58,346 bases of DNA from Candidatus Cloacimonadota bacterium (GTDB lineage Bacteria; Cloacimonadota; Cloacimonadia; Cloacimonadales; TCS61). Location of the stretch: NCBI GenBank assembly GCA_018400535.1, contig JAGYMQ010000095.1:1-58346 (forward strand), written 5' to 3'. Shown here in pieces: positions 9,038 through 18,577 of the stretch. The position numbers and the translations under genes were made by a program. Numbering within the stretch: position 1 is the stretch's first letter; each line of letters starts with the position of its first letter. Under the pieces are notes generated by a model. The model saw only the letters and a program-made list of their open reading frames with translations. It searched no databases and was not told the origin of the DNA.

Positions 9038-10644
9038 TTTAATAATAACATTTTTCTTGTTGTTTCTTTGCCATCTTGTTGTAATTTAATAATATAATTT
9101 CCGCTCGCAACAGCCTCTCCCCCATCATTTTGCCCATCCCAATATATTTCATATACTCCTTTTTTATAATAGGCATCGATAAGTTTTTTCACCTTTTTCC
9201 CTTGCATATTATAAATTGTCAGCTTGGTCTCGCCAGATTTTACCAGGTCAAGTTTGATGGTCGTATCGGGATTGAAAGGATTGGGATAATTACTGATCCT
9301 ATTTTTTTTCAGGATAATATTTTCATCGGCTATTACTGGAAATTTTTCCAGACTATTTGATAGGATAGGATCAGATTCGACACCGTTGGAATATACTGCT
9401 ACGACGGCAAACTGATAGACTTCCGGTGTCAATTGTGCCCACTGAGTATCGATGTAGAAAGTATCTGTAACGTTTTGAGCGATTAACTCCCAAAGAGAAG
9501 GCATTCCGTTATAAACTTCTAAAAAACGATAGATCCGATAATCTTGGAATTCTCGATCTTGCCCAGTATCAGGAGCTTCCCAAGTGATGATCGCTTCTGT
9601 TTCTTCATCATTTTGGATAGCAACGACATTCATAGGAGGAGAGGCGATCTCGATCAAGGTTATTGTTCCCAGATCAAGATCATCTAAACCTGCTTGTATC
9701 TCAGAAAAATAAGGTTCATAATTATCATAGGTTATTTCTATTTCATAATTTGTCTCAGCCAGCACTTCGGGAAAAATGAAATTGCCAAACATATCTGTCG
9801 TTGTCTGATAATTTTCATCTCCAGATAAATTCACATCACAACCTGCGATTCCGCTAGTCGGAGCATCGCTTCCCACGACACTTCCCGTGATCTGAATAGT
9901 CGGAATAATATCTGGAATGAAAGCAGCCCCGCCAGTAGAATGATGATCTGGATAAGGATTTGGAAATTCCACCCAACTTCCGCCAACTCCCTGAGAAATA
10001 TCATAGGCAAAATAGGGAATGCCATCATCACCACGTGTTGCCGTGAGATAAACTGTATTATTTCCAACAGCCAGACCTCTTCCCTGACCATTGCTTGCTG
10101 GGATCGTTCCCACCAGATGGATCATTTCTCCTGTATCGATATTGATCGAATGAAGCCCAGAAGTTCCATATTCTGTATATCCATAAAATAGATCATCTTC
10201 AGGATTATAGTCTAAACCAAAAAAGCGATAGCCAGTTCCTGTGTAAACATCCAGAACCAAAGTTGCCGTTCCGGTATCAGGATCGATGCTGTAAATACCT
10301 TTGGGATCAGCATAATTGGAATATCCATAGAGAGTTCCGCGACCAAAAGCTAAGGCACTCATATCTTCGCTAATAGTGCAGATTTGTTGAGGTGATGATG
10401 TGAGCGTGGCAGAATAGAGATGCGTGGTAAAAGCTCCTTCGATCAAATAGATGATACCGTCGGGAGTTGCAGCTGCACCACTAACTTCACAAGAATAAAG
10501 CGTTTCCCAGCTAATATTGGGAAATCCTTCCAGATCTGACGAATAGGTTGGAATGCCATCAGATTCCAAACCAACGAAGAGAACGCCAGCGTGAACGATT
10601 GAAACAAATATTAACAACAATGCTAAGATCATATTTTTTTTCAT
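9034..10644 (-). CDS. Secreted protein: beta-propeller-like N-terminus, carboxypeptidase-regulatory-like and FN3 domains, FlgD-Ig/Por-type tail
   Basis: Start at ATG 10644 behind GGAGG; signal peptide; repeated GIYSID/GLHSIN blades; NYPNPFNP...RKMLLLK. Confidence 0.8.
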   Translation of the reverse strand: MKKNMILALLLIFVSIVHAGVLFVGLESDGIPTYSSDLEGFPNISWETLYSCEVSGAAATPDGIIYLIEGAFTTHLYSATLTSSPQQICTISEDMSALAFGRGTLYGYSNYADPKGIYSIDPDTGTATLVLDVYTGTGYRFFGLDYNPEDDLFYGYTEYGTSGLHSINIDTGEMIHLVGTIPASNGQGRGLAVGNNTVYLTATRGDDGIPYFAYDISQGVGGSWVEFPNPYPDHHSTGGAAFIPDIIPTIQITGSVVGSDAPTSGIAGCDVNLSGDENYQTTTDMFGNFIFPEVLAETNYEIEITYDNYEPYFSEIQAGLDDLDLGTITLIEIASPPMNVVAIQNDEETEAIITWEAPDTGQDREFQDYRIYRFLEVYNGMPSLWELIAQNVTDTFYIDTQWAQLTPEVYQFAVVAVYSNGVESDPILSNSLEKFPVIADENIILKKNRISNYPNPFNPDTTIKLDLVKSGETKLTIYNMQGKKVKKLIDAYYKKGVYEIYWDGQNDGGEAVASGNYIIKLQQDGKETTRKMLLLK

Positions 10645-10776
10645 TTTTCCTCCAGCTATGAAACTAAATTTTTTTACTTTGATATTCAAGAGTTTTCTGA
10701 AAACTGACCAGAAATTAATGTCAATGTAAATTTTTTTTCACGTCTTTTTCCAAAATTGCTATCGACTTTAAAATGC

Positions 10777-10805
10777 TTGACGTAATTAGCTTTGATAAAA
10801 TTTTG
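10777..10805 (+). promoter_or_regulatory. Putative housekeeping promoter TTGACG-N18-TTTTG
   Basis: Same spacing recurs at 28237, 48511(-) and 49582. Confidence 0.5.
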
Positions 10806-10859
10806 CTCTCAACTAATTTATGTGTTAAATAAAAAAAAATAGAAGATTCGGAGGTTATT

Positions 10860-11993
10860 ATGAATCTTAACACAAAATTGCTCGGTAGTATATTGATAAT
10901 TTTTTTATCGCTGAATCTTTCAGCGAGTTGGCAAGACCTTGATGCTCAAGGAAAAAAGAATCTTCGTTCTGGAAATCTGCATTATAGCGGAAAGCGTTTT
11001 GAAAAGGCAAGGCCACTATATTTAAAGGTTTTGGAAAATAATCCACAACATCTGGAAGCGATGGAAAAATTAGCCTCTATCCATTTTGAAATTGATAAAG
11101 ATTATAAAAAAGCTTATGAATTATATCACAAGCTGGACAATTTGATCACTGAAGTGCAAACAAAATATGATTCTTTGCAAAAAGTTGATCAGGATCAGGC
11201 AAAAGATTATTATAAAGAAAACATTAGAAAATTTGATCTGGATGAAAAATTGGAAAATGCCAGAACATTCAAAGATTATTGTTGGACAAAATTATTCATC
11301 GAAGCTCAAAATATGGTGAATGAAGAAAATTATGAAGAGGCGATCAAAAAATTCAATTATGTTTATGAAATAGCTCCAGACAGCATTAAAACAATTCGTA
11401 TGCTTTCTTTCATTCACGATAAGATCGGAAATAAAAATAAATCTTTGGAATTTATGATCAAAGCAGCAGCAATGGATCCCGAAGATGACATCGCCCGCAC
11501 CCAAATAGCTAATGAATTTTTTCAAATGGAAGAATATCAAAAAGCAATAGAATGGTATCAGAAGGCATCTCGGATCAATCCACAAAATATTGATAATTAT
11601 CATAATTTGGCTGTTGTTTATTCACAAACAAAAAATGATTCCGGCGTGGTTGCCGCTTACAAGAACATTGTTGAGCAAGATCCAGATAACGTCGAATCCA
11701 TCGTATATCTCTCCAATTATTTAGCAAATATGGGAAATGTAACAGAATCTCTCAAATATCTGGAGATGGCGCATGAACTTGATCCTTCCAATGAAGAATA
11801 TCTGAAATTCCTCTGCTATCGCTCTTACCAAGAAAAGATCTATGAAAAGATCATTGATTATGGACAAGAATGGTTTGAGATCACTGAAGATAAGAAAAAG
11901 GAAGCAGCTCAATTTGTTTATCGCGCTGCACAGCAGGTCGGTAACAAAGAAATAGAAAAAGAATACGAACAGATTCTTAGAAAAATGAAATAA
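10860..11993 (+). CDS. Exported tetratricopeptide repeat protein
   Basis: Signal peptide; multiple TPR motifs (YQKAIEWYQKASRINP). Confidence 0.85.
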   Translation: MNLNTKLLGSILIIFLSLNLSASWQDLDAQGKKNLRSGNLHYSGKRFEKARPLYLKVLENNPQHLEAMEKLASIHFEIDKDYKKAYELYHKLDNLITEVQTKYDSLQKVDQDQAKDYYKENIRKFDLDEKLENARTFKDYCWTKLFIEAQNMVNEENYEEAIKKFNYVYEIAPDSIKTIRMLSFIHDKIGNKNKSLEFMIKAAAMDPEDDIARTQIANEFFQMEEYQKAIEWYQKASRINPQNIDNYHNLAVVYSQTKNDSGVVAAYKNIVEQDPDNVESIVYLSNYLANMGNVTESLKYLEMAHELDPSNEEYLKFLCYRSYQEKIYEKIIDYGQEWFEITEDKKKEAAQFVYRAAQQVGNKEIEKEYEQILRKMK

Positions 11994-12003
11994 TTTAAAT
12001 CGT

Positions 12004-12090
12004 GCGAAAGTGGTGGAACTGGTAGACGCGCTGGACTTAGAATCCAGTGGGAGCAATCCTGTAGGGGTTCAAATCCCCTCTTTCGCACCA
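12004..12090 (+). tRNA. tRNA-Leu (anticodon TAG)
   Basis: GCGAAAG/CTTTCGC acceptor stem, CTGGA-CTTAGAA-TCCAG anticodon arm, long variable arm, TTCAAAT T-loop, encoded CCA. Confidence 0.97.
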
Positions 12091-12110
12091 ATTTTTTTGA
12101 AGGAGAAAAC

Positions 12111-13391
12111 GTGAAAATTGAAATCAAAGAACTTACTTCTACATCCACAGAAATGACAATCATCGTGCCTGCCGAACAGGCAAAAAAAGATTATGATCTC
12201 ATTCTCAAGAAAATGAGTAAATTTGTTGTCATTCCAGGTTTTCGCAAAGGTAAAGCACCCCTTTCTATGATCGAGAGAAATTATAAAGACTATGCCCGAG
12301 AAGAATTTTTTGAAAAAAAATTATCTGAATATTATAATGATGCTTTAAAAGAAAAAGATGTTCATCCTATCAATGAAGCTAAACCAATTGATATTCAATG
12401 GCAAAAAGGAAACGAGCTGAAAGCAACTTTTTCTTTTGAAGTGATGCCAGAGATCAAGATCGAAAAATACAAAGATCTGGACATTACCTTCCAGCCGATA
12501 GAATTCCAAGATTCTATGATCGAAGAAACTATGGAAAAATATCAGTATGAACTGGCGAATTGGATCGATGCTGAAACAGCAGATACCGGCGATGAGATCA
12601 AAGCAAAATTCAAATTTCTGGATGAAGAAGGAAATGTATCCAAAACGGTGCAGCGTACTTTCTTTTTGGGAGATAATTCTTATTGTGATGAATTCAATAA
12701 AAAATTAGAAAAGGCAAAGCCCAAGGATGAGATAAAAACAATACTTTTCGATAAAGAACCAGAATCTGCTAATAATGAGCTGGGCAAAGATATCGTTGGT
12801 AGAGAATTCTTGATAGAAGTCGAAACTGTCAAAACAATGGATTTACCAGAAATCAATGATGAATTCGCCAAAGATTTGGAATATGATAACTTGGAAAAAT
12901 TGCAGAAAGATATCGAGCAACAAATACGTTCCAATATCGAAAAAACAAACAAGGAAAACAAAAAGAAAGCGATCTTTTCCAAATTGATCGCTGAAAATCC
13001 ATTTGATCTTCCTAAGACAATTATTGAAAATTATGCAAACCAAAAAGCAAAAGAAATAGCTCCCAAATATCAGATCAAGCCAGAAGAGATCATTCATTTA
13101 ATGAAAGAAAGCGCTGAAACTGACCTGAAAAATTTCTATGTCACTCAGGAATTGATCAAACAGCTGGCGATCAAAGTAGAAGATCAAGATCGAGAAGACG
13201 TCATCAAAGAAGCTGCAGCAAATCTGAAGATGGATATCGATGAATATAAAAAAATGTATCAATCACAAATCAATAACGAGAATTTCGATTATGCAGTTCA
13301 AGAAAAAAAATTATTTGATTTTTTGGAAAAAAACAATAACTTTGTAAAAGAAACTAAAAAAGATGAATCTGAAAAAGATGAGGAGAAATAG
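12111..13391 (+). CDS. tig: Trigger factor
   Basis: GFRKGKAP ribosome-binding signature; tRNA-Leu-tig-clpP-clpX synteny. Confidence 0.95.
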   Translation: MKIEIKELTSTSTEMTIIVPAEQAKKDYDLILKKMSKFVVIPGFRKGKAPLSMIERNYKDYAREEFFEKKLSEYYNDALKEKDVHPINEAKPIDIQWQKGNELKATFSFEVMPEIKIEKYKDLDITFQPIEFQDSMIEETMEKYQYELANWIDAETADTGDEIKAKFKFLDEEGNVSKTVQRTFFLGDNSYCDEFNKKLEKAKPKDEIKTILFDKEPESANNELGKDIVGREFLIEVETVKTMDLPEINDEFAKDLEYDNLEKLQKDIEQQIRSNIEKTNKENKKKAIFSKLIAENPFDLPKTIIENYANQKAKEIAPKYQIKPEEIIHLMKESAETDLKNFYVTQELIKQLAIKVEDQDREDVIKEAAANLKMDIDEYKKMYQSQINNENFDYAVQEKKLFDFLEKNNNFVKETKKDESEKDEEK

Positions 13392-13997
13392 ATGGCTTTT
13401 GTTCCAATTGTGGTCGAACAAGAAGGAAAACAAGAACGGGCCTATGATATTTATTCCCGCCTGTTAAAAGATCGAATAATATTTATCGGTGCACCGATCG
13501 ACGATAACCTATCCAACATTATCATCGCTCAGCTATTGCATCTCGAAGCAGACAATTCTGAAAAAGATATTTATATGTATATCAACACGCCAGGCGGAGC
13601 TGTGACTTCTGGACTGGCAATTTACGACACGATGCAATATATCCGCCCAGATGTGAGTACGATCTGTTTGGGACAAGCTTCAAGCATGGGAGCTTTTCTC
13701 CTGGCAGCCGGCGCTCCAGAAAAAAGATTTGCTCTTCCCAATAGTCGCATAATGATCCATCAGCCGATGGGAGGAGTTCAAGGTCAAGCTTCTGACATCG
13801 AGATTCAAGCAAAAGAAATTTTGAAATTGAAAAAACATTTGAACAGACTCTTGCATCACCACACAAAGCAGACAATGAAAAAGATCGAAAAAGATACCGA
13901 CAGAAATTTTTTCATGGATGCTAAAGAAGCGAAAGATTATGGAATTATTGACGAAGTTATCAAATCCAGAAAAGAATCATTGAAACAAACTGAATGA
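13392..13997 (+). CDS. clpP: ATP-dependent Clp protease proteolytic subunit
   Basis: [29 protein letters not shown]. Confidence 0.98.
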   Translation: MAFVPIVVEQEGKQERAYDIYSRLLKDRIIFIGAPIDDNLSNIIIAQLLHLEADNSEKDIYMYINTPGGAVTSGLAIYDTMQYIRPDVSTICLGQASSMGAFLLAAGAPEKRFALPNSRIMIHQPMGGVQGQASDIEIQAKEILKLKKHLNRLLHHHTKQTMKKIEKDTDRNFFMDAKEAKDYGIIDEVIKSRKESLKQTE

Positions 13998-14007
13998 GGA
14001 GAAAAAT

Positions 14008-15255
14008 TTGAATCCAAATAAAGATTATCGATGTTCTTTTTGCGGAAGAAGTGAAAAAGAAACGCACTATTTGATCAAAGGGATCGATGGAAATATTTGT
14101 GATGAATGCGTGGAAATGTGTTCCAATATTATCGAATCTGATCATGAAAAAGAAGAATTGGACAATTTTGTTTTACCCACTCCGCAAGAGATCCATAAAC
14201 TATTAAATAACTATGTGATCGGACAGGAGCAGGCAAAAAAAATAATTTCTGTAGCTGTCTATAATCATTATAAGAGAATTTTCAAACAAGAACGGGATAA
14301 TGAGATCGAGATCGAAAAGAGCAATATTTTGATGATCGGTCCGACGGGATCAGGAAAAACACTGATAGCACAAACCCTGGCCAGAATTCTGAAAGTTCCG
14401 TTTGCCATCGCCGATGCCACAACTCTGACCGAAGCAGGATATGTGGGCGAAGATGTGGAAAATATTCTGGTTCGTCTCCTGCAAAGTGCAAATTATAATA
14501 TCGAAAAGGCCGAAAAAGGAATAATCTATATCGACGAATTGGATAAGATCGCTCGTAAATCTGAAACACCATCTATCACGCGGGACGTTTCAGGTGAGGG
14601 CGTGCAGCAAGCATTATTGAAAATTCTGGAAGGTGCAAAGGTGAATGTTCCTCCGAAAGGTGGCAGAAAACATCCACAGCAGGAATTTATTGAGATCGAT
14701 ACAAAAAATATTCTATTTATCACCGGTGGTGCTTTTTTTGGATTGGAAAGGATCATCCAAAAAAGATTGAGCAAGAAAACTATTGGTTTCGATGCTGATA
14801 TTTTCACGATCAAAGATCTGGGAATTGATTTTTTCAAAAAAACGATTCCCGATGATCTGGTGAAATACGGTTTGATCCCGGAGCTTGTCGGTAGAATTCC
14901 TGTGATCAGCTCTTTGCATGAACTTGATGAAAGTGCTTTGATCGAGATTTTAACAACGCCGAAAAACGCAATTTGCAAGCAATATCAGAAGCTTTTTGAA
15001 GTGGAAGGCGTAAAATTGAATTTTGGTCTAGATGCTCTCAAAGAGATTGCTCACACAGCGATCAATCAGAAGACAGGTGCTCGGGGATTACGCGCTATAA
15101 TGGAAAAATTTATGCTGGATATTATGTATCATATTCCAGATATGGATACGGTCAAAGAATGTATTATCACGAAAGAAGTAGTGGCAGGCGATAGCGAGCC
15201 GGAATATATATTTTTAGAAAATCAAACTTCCAAATCTAAACACAAAAGCGCATGA
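14008..15255 (+). CDS. clpX: ATP-dependent Clp protease ATP-binding subunit
   Basis: CSFC..C..C zinc finger, [22 protein letters not shown] loop; TTG start. Confidence 0.98.
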   Translation: MNPNKDYRCSFCGRSEKETHYLIKGIDGNICDECVEMCSNIIESDHEKEELDNFVLPTPQEIHKLLNNYVIGQEQAKKIISVAVYNHYKRIFKQERDNEIEIEKSNILMIGPTGSGKTLIAQTLARILKVPFAIADATTLTEAGYVGEDVENILVRLLQSANYNIEKAEKGIIYIDELDKIARKSETPSITRDVSGEGVQQALLKILEGAKVNVPPKGGRKHPQQEFIEIDTKNILFITGGAFFGLERIIQKRLSKKTIGFDADIFTIKDLGIDFFKKTIPDDLVKYGLIPELVGRIPVISSLHELDESALIEILTTPKNAICKQYQKLFEVEGVKLNFGLDALKEIAHTAINQKTGARGLRAIMEKFMLDIMYHIPDMDTVKECIITKEVVAGDSEPEYIFLENQTSKSKHKSA

Positions 15256-15274
15256 TCAGCGCATGATCATTTTT
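15251..15274 (+). terminator. Weak hairpin between converging clpX and response regulator genes
   Basis: ATGATCA-GCGCA-TGATCAT followed by T-run; formed by an 11-bp tandem duplication. Confidence 0.4.
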
Positions 15275-15635
15275 GAAATTCTTCTAGAATCTTATTAAGC
15301 TCAAATTCTACATAGGGTTTTGTGATATATGCGATTGGACGAGTTTTCATAGCATTCTCCCGCATAGAATTGCCTGAATAGGCAGTTATAAATATCACAG
15401 ATATATTCTCAAAATTGTCCTGGATCTTTTTTGCAAGTTCGATCCCATTCATCTGTCCTGCTAATTTGATATCAATGATAACCAGATCAGGATTTTTTCT
15501 TGCCAGAGAGTCATAAGCCTTCTCGGCAAATTTATTGATCTCAACTTCTTCAAATCCATAACTTTTTAAGGTCTGCTGAATATCATAGGCGATCAAATTT
15601 TCATCTTCCACGATCAATGCGCTTTTTTTTGTCAT
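15267..15635 (-). CDS. Stand-alone response regulator receiver protein
   Basis: LIVEDE, DLVIIDI, FITAY, YITKP. Confidence 0.92.
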   Translation of the reverse strand: MTKKSALIVEDENLIAYDIQQTLKSYGFEEVEINKFAEKAYDSLARKNPDLVIIDIKLAGQMNGIELAKKIQDNFENISVIFITAYSGNSMRENAMKTRPIAYITKPYVEFELNKILEEFQK

Positions 15636-15655
15636 TTTTTACCGTCCAAATATTT

Positions 15656-15841
15656 TTATTTAAATAACACTTTTTTGCTAAAACCAATCGAACAACTACA
15701 AATTTCAAGGAACTTATGGTCACAACTTTTACACTGAAAAAATTTACTACCGGGGAAAATTTTCATCCAGCTTTTCCTCGGTTTTCTTCTGACTGCAATA
15801 TCCATGCAATAGGGACAACCTCTGTGAAATACAACTTTCAT
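15656..15841 (-). CDS. Small zinc-ribbon protein (61 aa)
   Basis: CPYC...CKSC plus extra Cys; AAGGGGG RBS; co-oriented upstream of the receiver gene. Confidence 0.65.
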   Translation of the reverse strand: MKVVFHRGCPYCMDIAVRRKPRKSWMKIFPGSKFFQCKSCDHKFLEICSCSIGFSKKVLFK

Positions 15842-15985
15842 ATTTCCCCCTTGTTTATGTTCTTTTTTTTGAAATTCCAGATTAATTCGTCAAACACTTT
15901 TTCAATTTTTTTTTAAAAAATTTTATTTCCTTGACTTCTAAATAAAAAATTAGATTTTTTCCGAAAAAATTTATCGGAGTTTTAT

Positions 15986-18577
15986 ATGCTATACAAACCG
16001 AAAGAATTGGTTAATAAAAAAATGAATCTATTGATCGGAGTAGGAGTTTTTCTTTTTTCTTTGTTGATCTATTATCTCACCCTGGCAAGGTCTTTATCTT
16101 TTTGGGATGCCGGCGAATATATTACTTGTGGTAGCATTTTGGGAATTCCCCATCCACCTGGCAACCCCTTTTATATTTTATTAGGACGTTTTTTTGCCAT
16201 TTTCAGTTTCGGTATTCCTCACGCTCAGGTGATCAATTTTCTTTCTTCGCTTTTTTCTGCTTTAGCCATAATGTTCACCTATTTTTTCTCGGTGAAATTC
16301 GTCAGTATGTGGATCAAGCCAAAAGAAGAATACAAAGCTTTTTTAGTTGGCATCGGTGCAGCTGTTTATACCGCTTTTTCTTTCACCTTTTGGACTAATG
16401 CGATCGAGGCAGAAGTCTATTCAGGGCTTGCTTTCATTATCAATCTGATCGTCTGGTTGACCATGATCTGGCTGCAAAAATCAGAAAAATTGTCTCATCA
16501 AAATATCCTTTTACTGATAATTTACATTTTCTTCTTAGGTTTCGGCATTCATCAAACTTCGCTGCAAATCGCTCCAGCAGTTTTGTTTATAATAACCTAT
16601 CCAATGCTAAAAGATCATTTTAAGGAATCGAAATTTTGGGGAAAGATAGTTGGTTATTTAGTTGGAATAATCCTTATCTATGTAATTTTTAATCAGATCG
16701 GAGAAGAAGCACAGCTTCCAGCTCTGGCAAAATATATGTTCGCTCTTGCCTTCATTGCAATTCTTTATTATTATCTGCATGAACAAGTTTCCAACAAAGC
16801 CTGGATCCTTGCTCTTGTCTTCTTTGCCATTGGATTGAGCACACATATTTTCCTGCTGATCCGCTCGGAATTCCGTCCTTTCATCAATGAGGGACATCCT
16901 CACAATATTGAACTTTTCACCGATTACGTTCTCCGTCGTCAATATGGGCCTACCAGCATGTTCGAGCGTCGGGCCAGTTTCTTTTATCAGATGAAAGATC
17001 AATTTTTGACCTATTTCAGCTGGCAGTTTTTTCACGCAGAAACGATCGCCCGTTGGTTCAAAGCTCCGGTTCAATTTATCAATACGATCGGAAATTTTTT
17101 AGTATTATTTTTAGGAATAATCGGAGGATGGTTCCAATATAAAAAGAACAAACATTCTTTTGCTTACTTTTTTGCTTTTTTCTTTATGTCTTCTATCGCG
17201 ATGATTTACGTGATGAATCTATCTGATGCGGAAGTGCGCGTGAGAGATTATTTTTTCACAACTGCCTATAATTTTTGGACTTTTTGGATGGCTCTTGGTT
17301 CTCTGGCTCTAATAGAATTGATCAAACCAAAATTGCCCAAAATCATTCTCGCAATTTTTCTCATCGCCTTGCCTGTAGTAAATCTCGCTTCGCAATATTT
17401 CATCCATGACCGCTCGCGCGAGCTCATCGCTCTCGATTATGGACAAAATATTTTAAATAGTTTGGATGAAAACGCTATTGTCTTTACGAATGGTGATAAT
17501 GACACTTTTCCGGTCTGGTATGCGCAAGCTGTTTATGATCCTTTTGCCAAAGAACATATTCATCCAGCTCAAATTTCTGATACGATAAGCATAAACGTAA
17601 AAGATCAGCCGCTCATTCAACCTACAGAAACAACGAAAAAGATAATAAAAAAAGCGATGGATTACAAAAATGAGCAATGCAGTGGAATTCGCAAAGATGT
17701 GACTGTGGCGAATTTGAGCTTATTGAACACACCTTGGTATATCAAACAATTACGTGATCTTGAAGGAGTAGAATTCAATCTCGCAGAATCTCACATCGAT
17801 CTTTGTCAGGAAAATCCAAGTTCTGCCTTATATCCAAGACCAGTTAGAGATGATAAACAGCTGACGATCAAAGGTGCCACTCCTGCCGATGATTTTACCG
17901 TCACATTCAAAAAAGGTGAAGTCCTTTATGTGAAAGACCTTGCCGTGATCCAGATCATCAAAGATAATTATGGAAAACGACCGATCTATTTCGCTGTGAC
18001 AACGCCAGATGCAATCGGTTTTGAACAACATCTGCAAAATGAGGGAATGGTCGATCGTCTTGTTCCAACCAAAGGGAAAAATCAATTCAATATGCAGCGT
18101 CTGATCACCAATATCGATTCTGTCTATTCCTATCGCGGCATCAATGATGATTCCATTTATAAAGATAGAAATATGAAGCGGTTATTGAATAATTATGGAG
18201 CAGCTTTTATGCGTACTTCTCAATTCGCTCATTATCAAAAGGATTATGATATTGCAATCAAATATATGAAAAAAGCGCTGGATTTCATTGAAACAAAACA
18301 CAGATTTTATCCCAGCCTTTCCAAGCTTTATCTGGAAGCAAGCACATCTGATCTGGAAAATATCGATAAAACTTTCGAATATTTGAAACAAGCGGTTTAT
18401 TATGATAGAGATAATAGAAATTTGCTTTCTGCTGTTTATATGATTGCTGAAAAAACCGAAGAGATTGAACGTGGATTAGCTCTTTTGGAGATGATGGAAG
18501 GATATCAAGATTCGACGCTGATCGAAAATTTTAGGCGAAGATTGCTGAATCTCCAATCTACAAATGATGAAAACTGA
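15986..18577 (+). CDS. DUF2723 polytopic membrane protein (TMEM260-like GT-C glycosyltransferase) with C-terminal TPR
   Basis: SFWDAGEY, GIPHPPGNP, AIEAEVY, RVRDYFF, FTNGDNDTFPVWY, NLSLLNTPWY. Confidence 0.85.
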   Translation: MLYKPKELVNKKMNLLIGVGVFLFSLLIYYLTLARSLSFWDAGEYITCGSILGIPHPPGNPFYILLGRFFAIFSFGIPHAQVINFLSSLFSALAIMFTYFFSVKFVSMWIKPKEEYKAFLVGIGAAVYTAFSFTFWTNAIEAEVYSGLAFIINLIVWLTMIWLQKSEKLSHQNILLLIIYIFFLGFGIHQTSLQIAPAVLFIITYPMLKDHFKESKFWGKIVGYLVGIILIYVIFNQIGEEAQLPALAKYMFALAFIAILYYYLHEQVSNKAWILALVFFAIGLSTHIFLLIRSEFRPFINEGHPHNIELFTDYVLRRQYGPTSMFERRASFFYQMKDQFLTYFSWQFFHAETIARWFKAPVQFINTIGNFLVLFLGIIGGWFQYKKNKHSFAYFFAFFFMSSIAMIYVMNLSDAEVRVRDYFFTTAYNFWTFWMALGSLALIELIKPKLPKIILAIFLIALPVVNLASQYFIHDRSRELIALDYGQNILNSLDENAIVFTNGDNDTFPVWYAQAVYDPFAKEHIHPAQISDTISINVKDQPLIQPTETTKKIIKKAMDYKNEQCSGIRKDVTVANLSLLNTPWYIKQLRDLEGVEFNLAESHIDLCQENPSSALYPRPVRDDKQLTIKGATPADDFTVTFKKGEVLYVKDLAVIQIIKDNYGKRPIYFAVTTPDAIGFEQHLQNEGMVDRLVPTKGKNQFNMQRLITNIDSVYSYRGINDDSIYKDRNMKRLLNNYGAAFMRTSQFAHYQKDYDIAIKYMKKALDFIETKHRFYPSLSKLYLEASTSDLENIDKTFEYLKQAVYYDRDNRNLLSAVYMIAEKTEEIERGLALLEMMEGYQDSTLIENFRRRLLNLQSTNDEN

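Noticed and set aside
12004-12110. tRNA-Leu (or tRNA-Pro) as an integration site
   Set aside because: No duplicated tRNA 3' end or integrase seen; the flanking genes are housekeeping.
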